The translations under genes and the position numbers were made by a program. From contig DASXLC010000013.1 in assembly GCA_036496445.1 (NCBI GenBank), forward strand, positions 13,836 through 77,835: 64,000 nucleotides of DNA, written 5' to 3'. The stretch is from Pseudolabrys sp. Lineage in GTDB: Bacteria > Pseudomonadota > Alphaproteobacteria > Rhizobiales > Xanthobacteraceae. The notes below the pieces were generated by a model. The model made no database searches and was not told the DNA's origin. It saw only the letters and a program-made list of their open reading frames with translations. Position 1 is the stretch's first letter. Each line of letters starts with the position of its first letter. This document shows positions 9,456 through 18,039 of the stretch, in pieces.

Positions 9456-10187
9456 TCAAGCGTTGCGCCCGGACCAGATGCTGCGCAATTCGTCGATCGT
9501 GGAGACTTCGCCGAAGAAGCGGTCGATGTTGCGCACCGTCATCTCGTGCTCTTCGTTCGAATAAGCCGCGGTCCCGTCGCGCACGAGAACGACATAGTAG
9601 TCGTTCATGAAACCTTCGCGCACGGTCGATTCGACGCAGACATTGGTCGAGACCCCGGTGACCACGATGGTGCGTACGCCATTGGCACGCAGGATCGTAT
9701 CGAGGTCGGTCTTGTGAAACGCATTGTAGCGGTGCTTGGTCACAACGATGTCGCCGGGCAGGGGCCGCACGTCGCCGTAGTAGTCACCTTCCCATGAGCC
9801 GTCGCGACAGACCGGCGTCATCGTGTATCCGCCGCCCTGCTTGCGCGCCGCCTGCTCAAGCCAGACATCCGATAAATAACGGTTGTTGTCGGTCGTGTAG
9901 ATGCTGCGCACGAAGATGACGAGCGCTCCCGCCTTGCGCGCACTTTCGATGAGTGCCGGCAGGTGCCGTGCCATGTCCTGCACCGCGGAGATGTCGCGCC
10001 CGCCTTTGTCGACCAGTCCGCCGCGTGCACAAAAGTCGTTCTGCATGTCGATCACAACCAACGCCGCGTGGTTCGGATCGATTTTCTCGCGCAGGGAGCC
10101 CAGTGGCGCGATGTGAGCGAGCCTGGCGGCGGCGGCGAGATTGTCCTGGTAGGTGTTGCCCATGATGTTGCCCTTGGCGATCCTCAT
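9456..10187 (-). CDS. Isochorismatase-family cysteine hydrolase (RutB/biuret-hydrolase-like)
   Basis: IDMQNDF, KHRY, STNVCVEST give the Asp-Lys-Cys triad. Alternative start ATG 10163. Confidence 0.92.
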   Translation of the reverse strand: MRIAKGNIMGNTYQDNLAAAARLAHIAPLGSLREKIDPNHAALVVIDMQNDFCARGGLVDKGGRDISAVQDMARHLPALIESARKAGALVIFVRSIYTTDNNRYLSDVWLEQAARKQGGGYTMTPVCRDGSWEGDYYGDVRPLPGDIVVTKHRYNAFHKTDLDTILRANGVRTIVVTGVSTNVCVESTVREGFMNDYYVVLVRDGTAAYSNEEHEMTVRNIDRFFGEVSTIDELRSIWSGRNA

Positions 10188-10270
10188 CGCTGCCTTGCGA
10201 AACTGGATATGGCCTGCGCACGCACCGGCCGATATAACCGGTGACGTGTCGTCGCCAGGGGATATGCGTT

Positions 10271-11236
10271 ATGAGCAATCGTTTTGCGCCATTTGTTGTT
10301 GCCCTCGAAGAGCACTATTGGGATATCGATCTCGTTGCGCATTTTCCCGGCCGCGAAGGCAAGCGCCTGTCGCAGGTCGAGGAACGGCTGCAGGACATCA
10401 CGACCCTGCGCATCAAGGAAATGGACGAAGCGGGCATCGACGTGCAGGTACTCTCGCATGGCGCACCAGGCACGCAGAAAATGGAAGCGGAGCCGGCGGT
10501 GAAATTGTCGCGCCAGACGAACGATCGCCTGGCCGAAATCGTGAAGGCCAACCCGAAGCGTTTCACCGCCTTCGGCATCCTGCCGACGCCGGATCCGAAG
10601 GCCGCCGCCGACGAACTCGATCGCACTGTCACGAAGCTTGGTTTCAAGGGCGCTATGATCCACGGCCTCACCAACGGGCTGTTCATTGACGACAAGCGCT
10701 TCTGGCCGATCTTCGAGCGCGCCGCCGCGCTCGACGTGCCGATCTATCTGCACCCGTCCTTCCCGCACCAGGCGGTGATCGACGTATACTACAAGGACTA
10801 TTTGTCGAAGTTTCCCGAGCTGGTCGGCCCGGCGCTCGGCTTCACCGTGGAGGCTGCGACGCAGGGCGTACGCATGGTGCTCAGCGGTCTGTTCGATGCC
10901 TATCCTAAGCTCAAGCTGATCCTCGGCCATCTCGGCGAGGGAATTCCATTCCTGCTCGGGCGGATCGACGAAACCTTGTCGCGGCCGGGCAATCCCGCCG
11001 GTTCGTTCCGCGAGAAGTTCTGCGAGCACTTCTATCTCACGACCAGCGGCAATTTTTCGACCAATGCGCTGGTCTGCAGCATGATGGAGATGGGCGTCGA
11101 CCGCATCATGTTCTCGGTCGATTGGCCCTTTGCCCCCAACAAGATGGGCACAGACTGGCTGGAAGCCGCGCCGATCTCGCACGACGACAAGGTCAAGATC
11201 TTCGGCGGCAATGCGCGCCGCCTGCTGCGGCTCTGA
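10271..11236 (+). CDS. Amidohydro_2-family decarboxylase (gamma-resorcylate/2,3-dihydroxybenzoate/LigW-like)
   Basis: ALEEH, YLHP, GHLGEG, TTSG, FSVDWPF. Confidence 0.9.
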   Translation: MSNRFAPFVVALEEHYWDIDLVAHFPGREGKRLSQVEERLQDITTLRIKEMDEAGIDVQVLSHGAPGTQKMEAEPAVKLSRQTNDRLAEIVKANPKRFTAFGILPTPDPKAAADELDRTVTKLGFKGAMIHGLTNGLFIDDKRFWPIFERAAALDVPIYLHPSFPHQAVIDVYYKDYLSKFPELVGPALGFTVEAATQGVRMVLSGLFDAYPKLKLILGHLGEGIPFLLGRIDETLSRPGNPAGSFREKFCEHFYLTTSGNFSTNALVCSMMEMGVDRIMFSVDWPFAPNKMGTDWLEAAPISHDDKVKIFGGNARRLLRL

Positions 11237-11277
11237 AGCGTCGCTGATTGCAGAAAAGCACACGGGCGCCGCCTCCG

Positions 11278-12693
11278 TCACGCCTGCGCACTTCTGAACC
11301 ATTCGAAATGCCGCGCCGGGGCGGGCTTTCGCGGCAAATAGCGGCCATTGGCCTTGCCGACAATCTTGCCGTCGCGCGCGATGATCTTGCCGGCTTTGAT
11401 CGTGGCAACTGGCCAGCCCTTGAGCGTTTTGCCTTCGAATGGCGAGAAATCCGACATGCCCTGCAGGTCTTCCGCGCGCACGACCTTCTCCATCTCCAAA
11501 TCGACGACCACGAGATCGGCATCGGAGCCCACGGCGATCGTGCCCTTCTGCGGATAGATACCGTAGACCCGGGCCGGCGAGCGGGTCGCGCGCTCGATCA
11601 GGATTTCGAGCGGCACGCCGCGCAGGCGGCCGTAGTGCAGCAGCGCGGGAAGGTGTGTACCGAGCGCCGGCAGGCCGGGCCGTGAGCCGTGCAGGCCCGC
11701 TTCCGGCTTTTTCGTCGCGCGCGCCCGCGACGTGTTATCGGTGCCGACGGTGTTGATCGAGCCTTCGAGAAAGCCCTGCCACAGCGCGGTCTGGTGCTCG
11801 GGCGTGCGCACTGGCGGGACCATCTTCACCAGGAAACCGTTGGGATCGAGGCTGTTGATTCCGAGATAGGGGGTTGTCGTCTCGACGGTGAAATGCAGGC
11901 CGGCACGCCGCGCGCCGCGCACCACCTCGAGGCCCTGATGGCTCGAGAGATGGACAACGTAGAGATGTGCGCCGGCGACTTTCGCGAGATAGAGCGCAGT
12001 CTGGATGGCGAGCGCCTCCGCGATCGCGGGATGCGCGTCCTCCCAGTCCTTCAGCGTGCCCTCGGGCTTGCGGGTTTTCAGCTCGTCGCGGGCGGCATCG
12101 ATCAGCGCGCCGGTTTCGCAGTGGACGCAGGCAACCGCATCGGGTCCGAGGGAGGCGACGGTGCGGAAACCGTGCAGTAGCACGTCGTCGGTGATCGACT
12201 TCACGATGCCAGGCATGCCCGACATGTAGAACTTGAACGAGCGGATGCCGTACTGCTCGGCGTAGTCCGGGATTTCCTCGATCTGCTTTTCCGTGAAAAT
12301 CTGCGGATGAAAGACCGAGTCGACGTAGCTGCGCTCGTCCATAGCCTTGCGGAAGGCGGGGAGGTGGTCGAAGTAGGAGTCTTCCAGGCTGCGCAGGAAA
12401 ATCCCGACGCTGGTGACGCCACCGAGGATACCCGCGCGGGTCTCCGTCTCGGCTTCGCTTTCGTAGGATTGCTCGTTGCCGATATGGATGTGCGGGTCGA
12501 AAATCCCTGGCACCACCGTGCGCCCGGTGGCGTCGTAGGTTTCGGCGCCGGCATCCTTCAGATTTTCGCCTATCACGGCGATCTTGCCTTCGGCGATCCC
12601 GACGTCGGCCTTGACCTGGCCGACGCCGGGAATGACCAGCGTGCCATTGCGAACGATGAGGTCGAGCGGTTTGCTGTCGCTGCTTTTCGCCAT
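11278..12693 (-). CDS. Dihydroorotase-family cyclic amidohydrolase (dihydropyrimidinase/allantoinase-like)
   Basis: DPHIH, FKFYM (carbamylated Lys position), HCE, VVHLS, GTDN, KGTIAVGSDADL. Confidence 0.9.
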   Translation of the reverse strand: MAKSSDSKPLDLIVRNGTLVIPGVGQVKADVGIAEGKIAVIGENLKDAGAETYDATGRTVVPGIFDPHIHIGNEQSYESEAETETRAGILGGVTSVGIFLRSLEDSYFDHLPAFRKAMDERSYVDSVFHPQIFTEKQIEEIPDYAEQYGIRSFKFYMSGMPGIVKSITDDVLLHGFRTVASLGPDAVACVHCETGALIDAARDELKTRKPEGTLKDWEDAHPAIAEALAIQTALYLAKVAGAHLYVVHLSSHQGLEVVRGARRAGLHFTVETTTPYLGINSLDPNGFLVKMVPPVRTPEHQTALWQGFLEGSINTVGTDNTSRARATKKPEAGLHGSRPGLPALGTHLPALLHYGRLRGVPLEILIERATRSPARVYGIYPQKGTIAVGSDADLVVVDLEMEKVVRAEDLQGMSDFSPFEGKTLKGWPVATIKAGKIIARDGKIVGKANGRYLPRKPAPARHFEWFRSAQA

Positions 12694-12710
12694 GGCCAAC
12701 CCTTTCTTCG

Positions 12711-13739
12711 TCAGGTCAGGAACTCGTTGGTGTAGGTGTCCGAGATCGGCGGTGGGTCCTTTAGGTCGAGATATTTGACCATCAGGTCCTGCGTCGCTTG
12801 CATCTTTTCTTTTTGGATAGAGCCGAGCGGCCCCTTTGTACTATCGACGTTGCTCAGCTTGTGGATGATCGCGATCTCCTGCACCGCGGTCTTCTCGTCG
12901 AGCTGTGGCTGATGCTTCTTGAGCATCTGCACGGCCTCTTCCGGATGCGCGAGTGTGTACTTTACGCCTTCCATTGTGGCCTGCACGAAATTGCGCGTAA
13001 CCTCCGGCTTTTGCTTGATGTAGTCGTCCATGGCCCCGAGGCCGTTGGAATAAAAGTCAGCGCCGTAGTCCGAATACACGAGCGTTCCAACCTTGTCGTT
13101 GTTCTGCGCGGCCTTCTGCAGTACGGGAAGCGTGAAGAGGTAAGTGATCATCCCGTCCACGGAGTGATTGAGGAGGACCGCGTTTTTGGAGTTCGGATCG
13201 ACCGATAGCCAGCTAAGCTTGCTCTCGTCGATGTTGTTCGCCTTGGCAAAAGCCGGGAACATCAGCTTCGGTGAATCCCCGGGGGAGAATGCGATCTTCT
13301 TGCCCTCGAGATCCTTCGGCTTCGAAATCCCCTTTCCCTCGATGTAGAAGACGGTGTGCGGCGACTTCTGATAGAGGCAGGCGAGTGCCCGGATCTTGGC
13401 GCCTTCCTTCGCGCGCACCGCCATCATCACGCCGAGGTCCTGGAACACGAACTGCGCCTTTCCGGCGATCAGCGTGCGCAAGCCCTGCATGGTGCCGTTG
13501 CCCTGCGCGATGGTGACGTTGAGGTTTTTGCTCGCGTAAAAGCCCTTTTCCAGCGCGGTGTAGTACGGCGCGTGACGGCCGAACGCGATCCAGTCAAGTT
13601 GAAAATGGATGTCTTCGGTGGCGGCGTGCACCGGTCCGATCCGCGTCCCGGCTGCAACGGCAAGACTCGCGCCCGCGGTATTGCGGAGAAATGCGCGCCG
13701 TGACGTCAATTTCATTTGTCCATGGTTTGTCATGATCAT
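12711..13739 (-). CDS. ABC transporter substrate-binding protein, NMT1/THI5-like, Tat signal
   Basis: SRRAFL Tat motif; LDW ... HAPYYTALEKGFY; DLEGKKIA. Confidence 0.9.
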   Translation of the reverse strand: MIMTNHGQMKLTSRRAFLRNTAGASLAVAAGTRIGPVHAATEDIHFQLDWIAFGRHAPYYTALEKGFYASKNLNVTIAQGNGTMQGLRTLIAGKAQFVFQDLGVMMAVRAKEGAKIRALACLYQKSPHTVFYIEGKGISKPKDLEGKKIAFSPGDSPKLMFPAFAKANNIDESKLSWLSVDPNSKNAVLLNHSVDGMITYLFTLPVLQKAAQNNDKVGTLVYSDYGADFYSNGLGAMDDYIKQKPEVTRNFVQATMEGVKYTLAHPEEAVQMLKKHQPQLDEKTAVQEIAIIHKLSNVDSTKGPLGSIQKEKMQATQDLMVKYLDLKDPPPISDTYTNEFLT

Positions 13740-13748
13740 CCTCCCATT

Positions 13749-14576
13749 TTAGCTCCCTCCGCCCACAGCCTCGAGCTGACGGGCGGAAACATGCCAATGC
13801 ACCACGAGTTTCTCGATGATTTCGATCAAGAAGTAGAAGACGATTCCGAGCAGCGTGAGCACGAGCACGCAGGCGAAGACCAGCCGTGTGTCGAGCTCAC
13901 CGTTTGCGACCAGCACCAGGTAGCCCAACCCCTTTTCGGCGCTGACGAATTCGCCGACGATCGCGCCGACGACGGCAAGCGTGCTGGCGACCTTCAACCC
14001 GCCGAAGATTGCGGGCAACGCATTGGGAAACCGCACGTACCAGAACACCTGGAACGGAGTGCCGCCCATTGAGCGCAGCAGGTGAATCGTCTCCGGCTGC
14101 GCGGAGCGCAGCCCGACAACGGTGTCGATCACCACTGGAAAAAATGCGATCGCAAACGCAATCAGCACTTTGGACGACAGTCCGGTGCCGAGCCAGACAA
14201 TAAAGATCGGGGCGACCGCAGCCTTGGGCACGATCTGGAATGCGACGAGGATGGGGTAGAAGGCGGTTTCGAGCGGACGCGAATAGACGATCATCGCACC
14301 GAGCGGCAAACCGACGGCGACGCTCAGCAGGAAGCCGAGCACGAATTCCATTGTCGTGATCGCGCTCATTTGCATAAGCAGCGGGAACTTGACGACGGCG
14401 GTGTACATAATCGAGCTGAGCGACGGAAGGATGAGCGGGGACACCCAGCCGGCACGCGTGACCGCTTCCCAGATTACGACCAGAACCAGCGTCACCAGCG
14501 TCGGATAAAGATAGGTCGCGATGTGCGCCGTCCAGGGCAGCTTGTCGGGACGCGGCGTGGCAGCATCTGTAGACAT
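13749..14576 (-). CDS. ABC transporter permease (NitT/TauT family)
   Basis: Hydrophobic; P.ALP.IF.GLKVA, GEFVSAEKGLG. Confidence 0.92.
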   Translation of the reverse strand: MSTDAATPRPDKLPWTAHIATYLYPTLVTLVLVVIWEAVTRAGWVSPLILPSLSSIMYTAVVKFPLLMQMSAITTMEFVLGFLLSVAVGLPLGAMIVYSRPLETAFYPILVAFQIVPKAAVAPIFIVWLGTGLSSKVLIAFAIAFFPVVIDTVVGLRSAQPETIHLLRSMGGTPFQVFWYVRFPNALPAIFGGLKVASTLAVVGAIVGEFVSAEKGLGYLVLVANGELDTRLVFACVLVLTLLGIVFYFLIEIIEKLVVHWHVSARQLEAVGGGS

Positions 14577-14583
14577 GACGGCC

Positions 14584-15411
14584 TCAATCCTCGTTCAGCA
14601 GTCCGAAGGCCTGGAATTGCTCGCGGATCAGGGCGGCATAGGAACCGAACTGCTTGCTTTCGCGCACGGAGAGCCGGCGCGGTCGGGGCAGGTCGATGTC
14701 GATTACGGTCGCGATGCGACCGGGTCGCGGGCTCATCACGGCGACGCGGTCGGCGAGAAAGATCGCCTCCCAGATGCTGTGCGTGATGAACAGCATGGTC
14801 TTGCGATTTTCCAACCAGATCCGCTGGAGGTCGAGGTTCATCTGATCGCGTGTGAGCGCATCAAGTGCCCCGAACGGCTCGTCCATCAGCAGTAACTTGG
14901 GATCGTGGATGAGCCCACGGCATAAGGCCACGCGCTGGCGCATGCCGCCCGATAACTCCCATGGATAGGCGCTCTCGAATCCGGCGAGCCCGACCCGCTC
15001 CAGCAGCGCGCGCGCCTCACCCTCATATTTGCGGCGCGGCAGGCGGCGGACGTCGATCTGCAGCAGGACATTGTCAAGAACGGTGCGCCATTCGAGCAAA
15101 GCGTCCCGCTGGAAGATCACACCGACATCGGTATAGGGCTTGCGAACCGTTTCGCCTCGGATCGAGATCTCGCCAGCGGAGACCGGAACGAGGCCGGCCA
15201 CCATCATCATCAGCGTGCTCTTGCCGCACCCGGACGGGCCGACGATCGAGACGAATTCACCCTCGTGGAAATCCAGCGTCACGTCGTCGACGGCTTTAAG
15301 CGCGCCGCCGCGTGCTTTGTAAACCTTGTCGACATTTTTGATGCGAACGAATTCCTGTGCCTGTGCCGCAGCGCGGTGTATGGGAATGACGCGTGCGGCT
15401 GAGGCGGTCAC
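14584..15411 (-). CDS. ABC transporter ATP-binding protein (NitT/TauT family)
   Basis: GPSGCGKST, LSGGMRQR, DEPFGALD. GTG 15411 overlaps the upstream TGA (GTGA). Confidence 0.93.
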   Translation of the reverse strand: MTASAARVIPIHRAAAQAQEFVRIKNVDKVYKARGGALKAVDDVTLDFHEGEFVSIVGPSGCGKSTLMMMVAGLVPVSAGEISIRGETVRKPYTDVGVIFQRDALLEWRTVLDNVLLQIDVRRLPRRKYEGEARALLERVGLAGFESAYPWELSGGMRQRVALCRGLIHDPKLLLMDEPFGALDALTRDQMNLDLQRIWLENRKTMLFITHSIWEAIFLADRVAVMSPRPGRIATVIDIDLPRPRRLSVRESKQFGSYAALIREQFQAFGLLNED

Positions 15412-16643
15412 GAGAGAAGCTCCTGCGTCAGCGTGGAGCGCGCGACCTCGCGGCCTTTCCTGAATACGTGTCGACGGGGCGGCTGCACGCGCAACGCCTC
15501 GTGCGTTGAAGGGGCGCCGACCACCATCAGGTTCGCGGTCATGCCCGGCGCAATGCCGTAATCCCCCAGCCGCGCGCATTTCGCAGCATTGACGGTAACC
15601 ATGTCTATCACCTGCTCAAGCTCGTGCGGCAACGTAAGCTGCGCGACATGCGCCATCATCGATGCGCACTCCAAGGGATCTGGCTTGCCGAACGGGTAGT
15701 AGGGATCGTTGACATCGTCTTGCGACGTCACGACGTTGGCGCCACGCGCGAGCAACTCCTTGACGCGTGCGCAGCCGCGGCGCTTGGGCTCGCGATCGAG
15801 TCGCGCCGAGCACACCAGGTTGATATGCGCGTTGACCGAAATGGTGACGCCTGCGGTCGCCACCATGTCGATGACCTTGGCTGCATAGACGTCATTGTAC
15901 CCGGCCATCGCACCGCAATGGCTGGCGGCGACCCGGCCCTCGAAGCCATCGCGCATGGTCTTGATGGCGAGATATTCGAGACTGCGCGAATTCGCGTCGT
16001 CGGTGTCGTCGACCAGCATGTGAATGTCGAGATCGTGCTTCTTCGCAAGGTCGAAGCAGATGTCGATGTGCTCGCGCGCATCGGCGTCGCTGTATTCGTA
16101 CCAAGGCAGGCCGCCGACAATGTCGCAACCTTCCTTGATCGCCTCGTCCATCAACTCGGCTGCGCCCGGATCGCGCACGATCCCTTCCTGCGGAAAGGCG
16201 ACAACCTGGATGGTGGCGTAATCCTTCATCTTCTCGCGCGCCAGCAGCAGGCCGCGGGCGGCCTTGAGCCCGCCGATTGTGCCGACGTCGCAGAACAGCC
16301 GGAAGAAGGTCGTGCCGTTCTTGACGCCGGTCTCGATGGTGCGTACGGCGCGTGAGGCAACCTCGACCGGATCGTAATTGCGCTTGTGGTCGTTGGTGAT
16401 CTCGATCGCCTCCGGCAGCGTGCCGGACACGTTCGGCCGCATGATCTCGCCGAGCAGGCATTTGTCGGCGTGGTAATGCAGATTGAGAAAGCCCGGCAAA
16501 ACAAGACTTCCTGCCGCGTCGATGTTCTTCTGCCCTTTGGCCGGTAGCTTCGGCCCGACGGCCGAAATCTTCTCGCCTTCGATCGCGATATCGACCGGCT
16601 GATTCTGGCCCCGCACCCGAGCATTGCGAATCACGACGCTCAT
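15408..16643 (-). CDS. Cytosine-deaminase-like amidohydrolase with atypical strand-5 motif
   Basis: HYHAD, VAFPQEG, ASHC, QDDVNDP. Has HMLVDD where CodA has DVHCDE. Confidence 0.88.
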   Translation of the reverse strand: MSVVIRNARVRGQNQPVDIAIEGEKISAVGPKLPAKGQKNIDAAGSLVLPGFLNLHYHADKCLLGEIMRPNVSGTLPEAIEITNDHKRNYDPVEVASRAVRTIETGVKNGTTFFRLFCDVGTIGGLKAARGLLLAREKMKDYATIQVVAFPQEGIVRDPGAAELMDEAIKEGCDIVGGLPWYEYSDADAREHIDICFDLAKKHDLDIHMLVDDTDDANSRSLEYLAIKTMRDGFEGRVAASHCGAMAGYNDVYAAKVIDMVATAGVTISVNAHINLVCSARLDREPKRRGCARVKELLARGANVVTSQDDVNDPYYPFGKPDPLECASMMAHVAQLTLPHELEQVIDMVTVNAAKCARLGDYGIAPGMTANLMVVGAPSTHEALRVQPPRRHVFRKGREVARSTLTQELLS

Positions 16644-16682
16644 AACCCTACCAACTCCATCGTCACCCGAGGTTTTACGGCT

Positions 16683-17795
16683 CTATACCCTCTCGAGAAT
16701 GTGCAAACCGCGCGTGCGATCGATCAGGTAGATCAGGCCCCGATCGTCGAAACACACGTCGTTGCTTTGCACGCGTTTGGCGCCATCCGGGATGTCCGGC
16801 ATGAACGAGGCGACCTCTTTCGGCGCGTGCGGATTTGCAATGTCGATGACCCGCAGCCCATGCGCGAACCATGCGATCGGAATTTCGGTTGAGCGAATGT
16901 CCTCGCAGAACTGGTGCAGGCCAGTGTAGTCCTGTTTCGGCGATCCGTCTTCCTCGGCCACCTGGAAGCTGGCGAATGGAATCGGCCTTGTCTCGTCGGT
17001 AATGTCGACAAGCCAAAGGAAGGCCGGCGACGTCGGACCCGGGAGACGCACGACGTCTTCATCGGCGACCAGCATGACGCGCCGTCCGCGCAGCGGAAAC
17101 GGCACCGGCAGCGCAGTATGCGTCGGCCACGGGAAAGGCGGGCTCCAATCGAGGCCCGATACAAATTTCAGCTTGGTGATGTCGTCTATGTCGAGGATGA
17201 CGAAGCCGCCATGCCAGTAGCTCGTATAGAGCCGGTTGCCGACACGCATCGGATGATGACAGCGATGCGCGGTGCCTTCCCAGGTCGGCTTTTCGCCGCC
17301 AGCGGTCCATTGACCCGGCATCCACCAGCGGCCGACTTCCTGCGGCTTCGCCGGATTCTGGAAATCGATGATCGAAACGACATTACCGAGATAACCGTCG
17401 AGTTCCGGCGAGCCGTACACGTAGCGGCCGTCGAATGTGAAGCGGTGCATGCCGCGCGACGCCCACGTGGTAATACGTGTCGGCTTTGACGGATTGCTCA
17501 CGTCGAAGACCTCGAGGCCGCCTTTGAAATCGGGGTCAATGCGGCCGATCGGAAAGATCTCGCGATTGACCAGCATGACGCCGTTCTCGACGCGCACTTT
17601 GTGCGACAGCGTTCCTTCGGGGACCGTGATCTGAGCAAGCCCGCGCGGCTTTGCCGGGTCGGAGACGTCGATGATGCTCGTGCCGTTCGGTGGCTTGACG
17701 TGCCCGACATAGGCGACGTTGTTGCGGACAACCACCTGGCCACCGCCGGCACAATCGAAATAGCCGACGACCTTCAACCCTTTCGCGACTGCCAT
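16683..17795 (-). CDS. LVIVD-repeat beta-propeller protein
   Basis: Repeated G(L/F/T)x(V/I)(I/F/L)D(V/I)xxP motifs (IIDVSDP, VFDVSNP, IIDFQNP, VIDIANP). No signal peptide. Start ATG 17795. Confidence 0.85.
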   Translation of the reverse strand: MAVAKGLKVVGYFDCAGGGQVVVRNNVAYVGHVKPPNGTSIIDVSDPAKPRGLAQITVPEGTLSHKVRVENGVMLVNREIFPIGRIDPDFKGGLEVFDVSNPSKPTRITTWASRGMHRFTFDGRYVYGSPELDGYLGNVVSIIDFQNPAKPQEVGRWWMPGQWTAGGEKPTWEGTAHRCHHPMRVGNRLYTSYWHGGFVILDIDDITKLKFVSGLDWSPPFPWPTHTALPVPFPLRGRRVMLVADEDVVRLPGPTSPAFLWLVDITDETRPIPFASFQVAEEDGSPKQDYTGLHQFCEDIRSTEIPIAWFAHGLRVIDIANPHAPKEVASFMPDIPDGAKRVQSNDVCFDDRGLIYLIDRTRGLHILERV

Positions 17796-17872
17796 TGGCC
17801 ACACCCCACCACGTCACGTTCACACTACGCAGAGTGCGACCCATCGCGCCCGCTCATCTGCGATCAAAACGC

Positions 17873-18025
17873 TACAATGCAGTTTGTATGTCGGTCAATC
17901 TGTTCATATCACGCAGTTGGACTGAGGCACGAAGGTCACGCAAATTTTGTTCGATATATCGTGCATATTCCTCTTGCTCGTGTCTGCTCCCAGTAATACA
18001 AAAAATCATACAAGGTTTTTTTGTC
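17873..18025. promoter_or_regulatory. Candidate MocR-type operator motifs in the divergent intergenic region
   Basis: TACAA-N6-TTGTA at 17873-17888; direct repeats ATACAA at 17996 and 18008; inverted TTGTC at 18021. Confidence 0.45.
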
Positions 18026-18039
18026 TTGAGTGACGTGGA

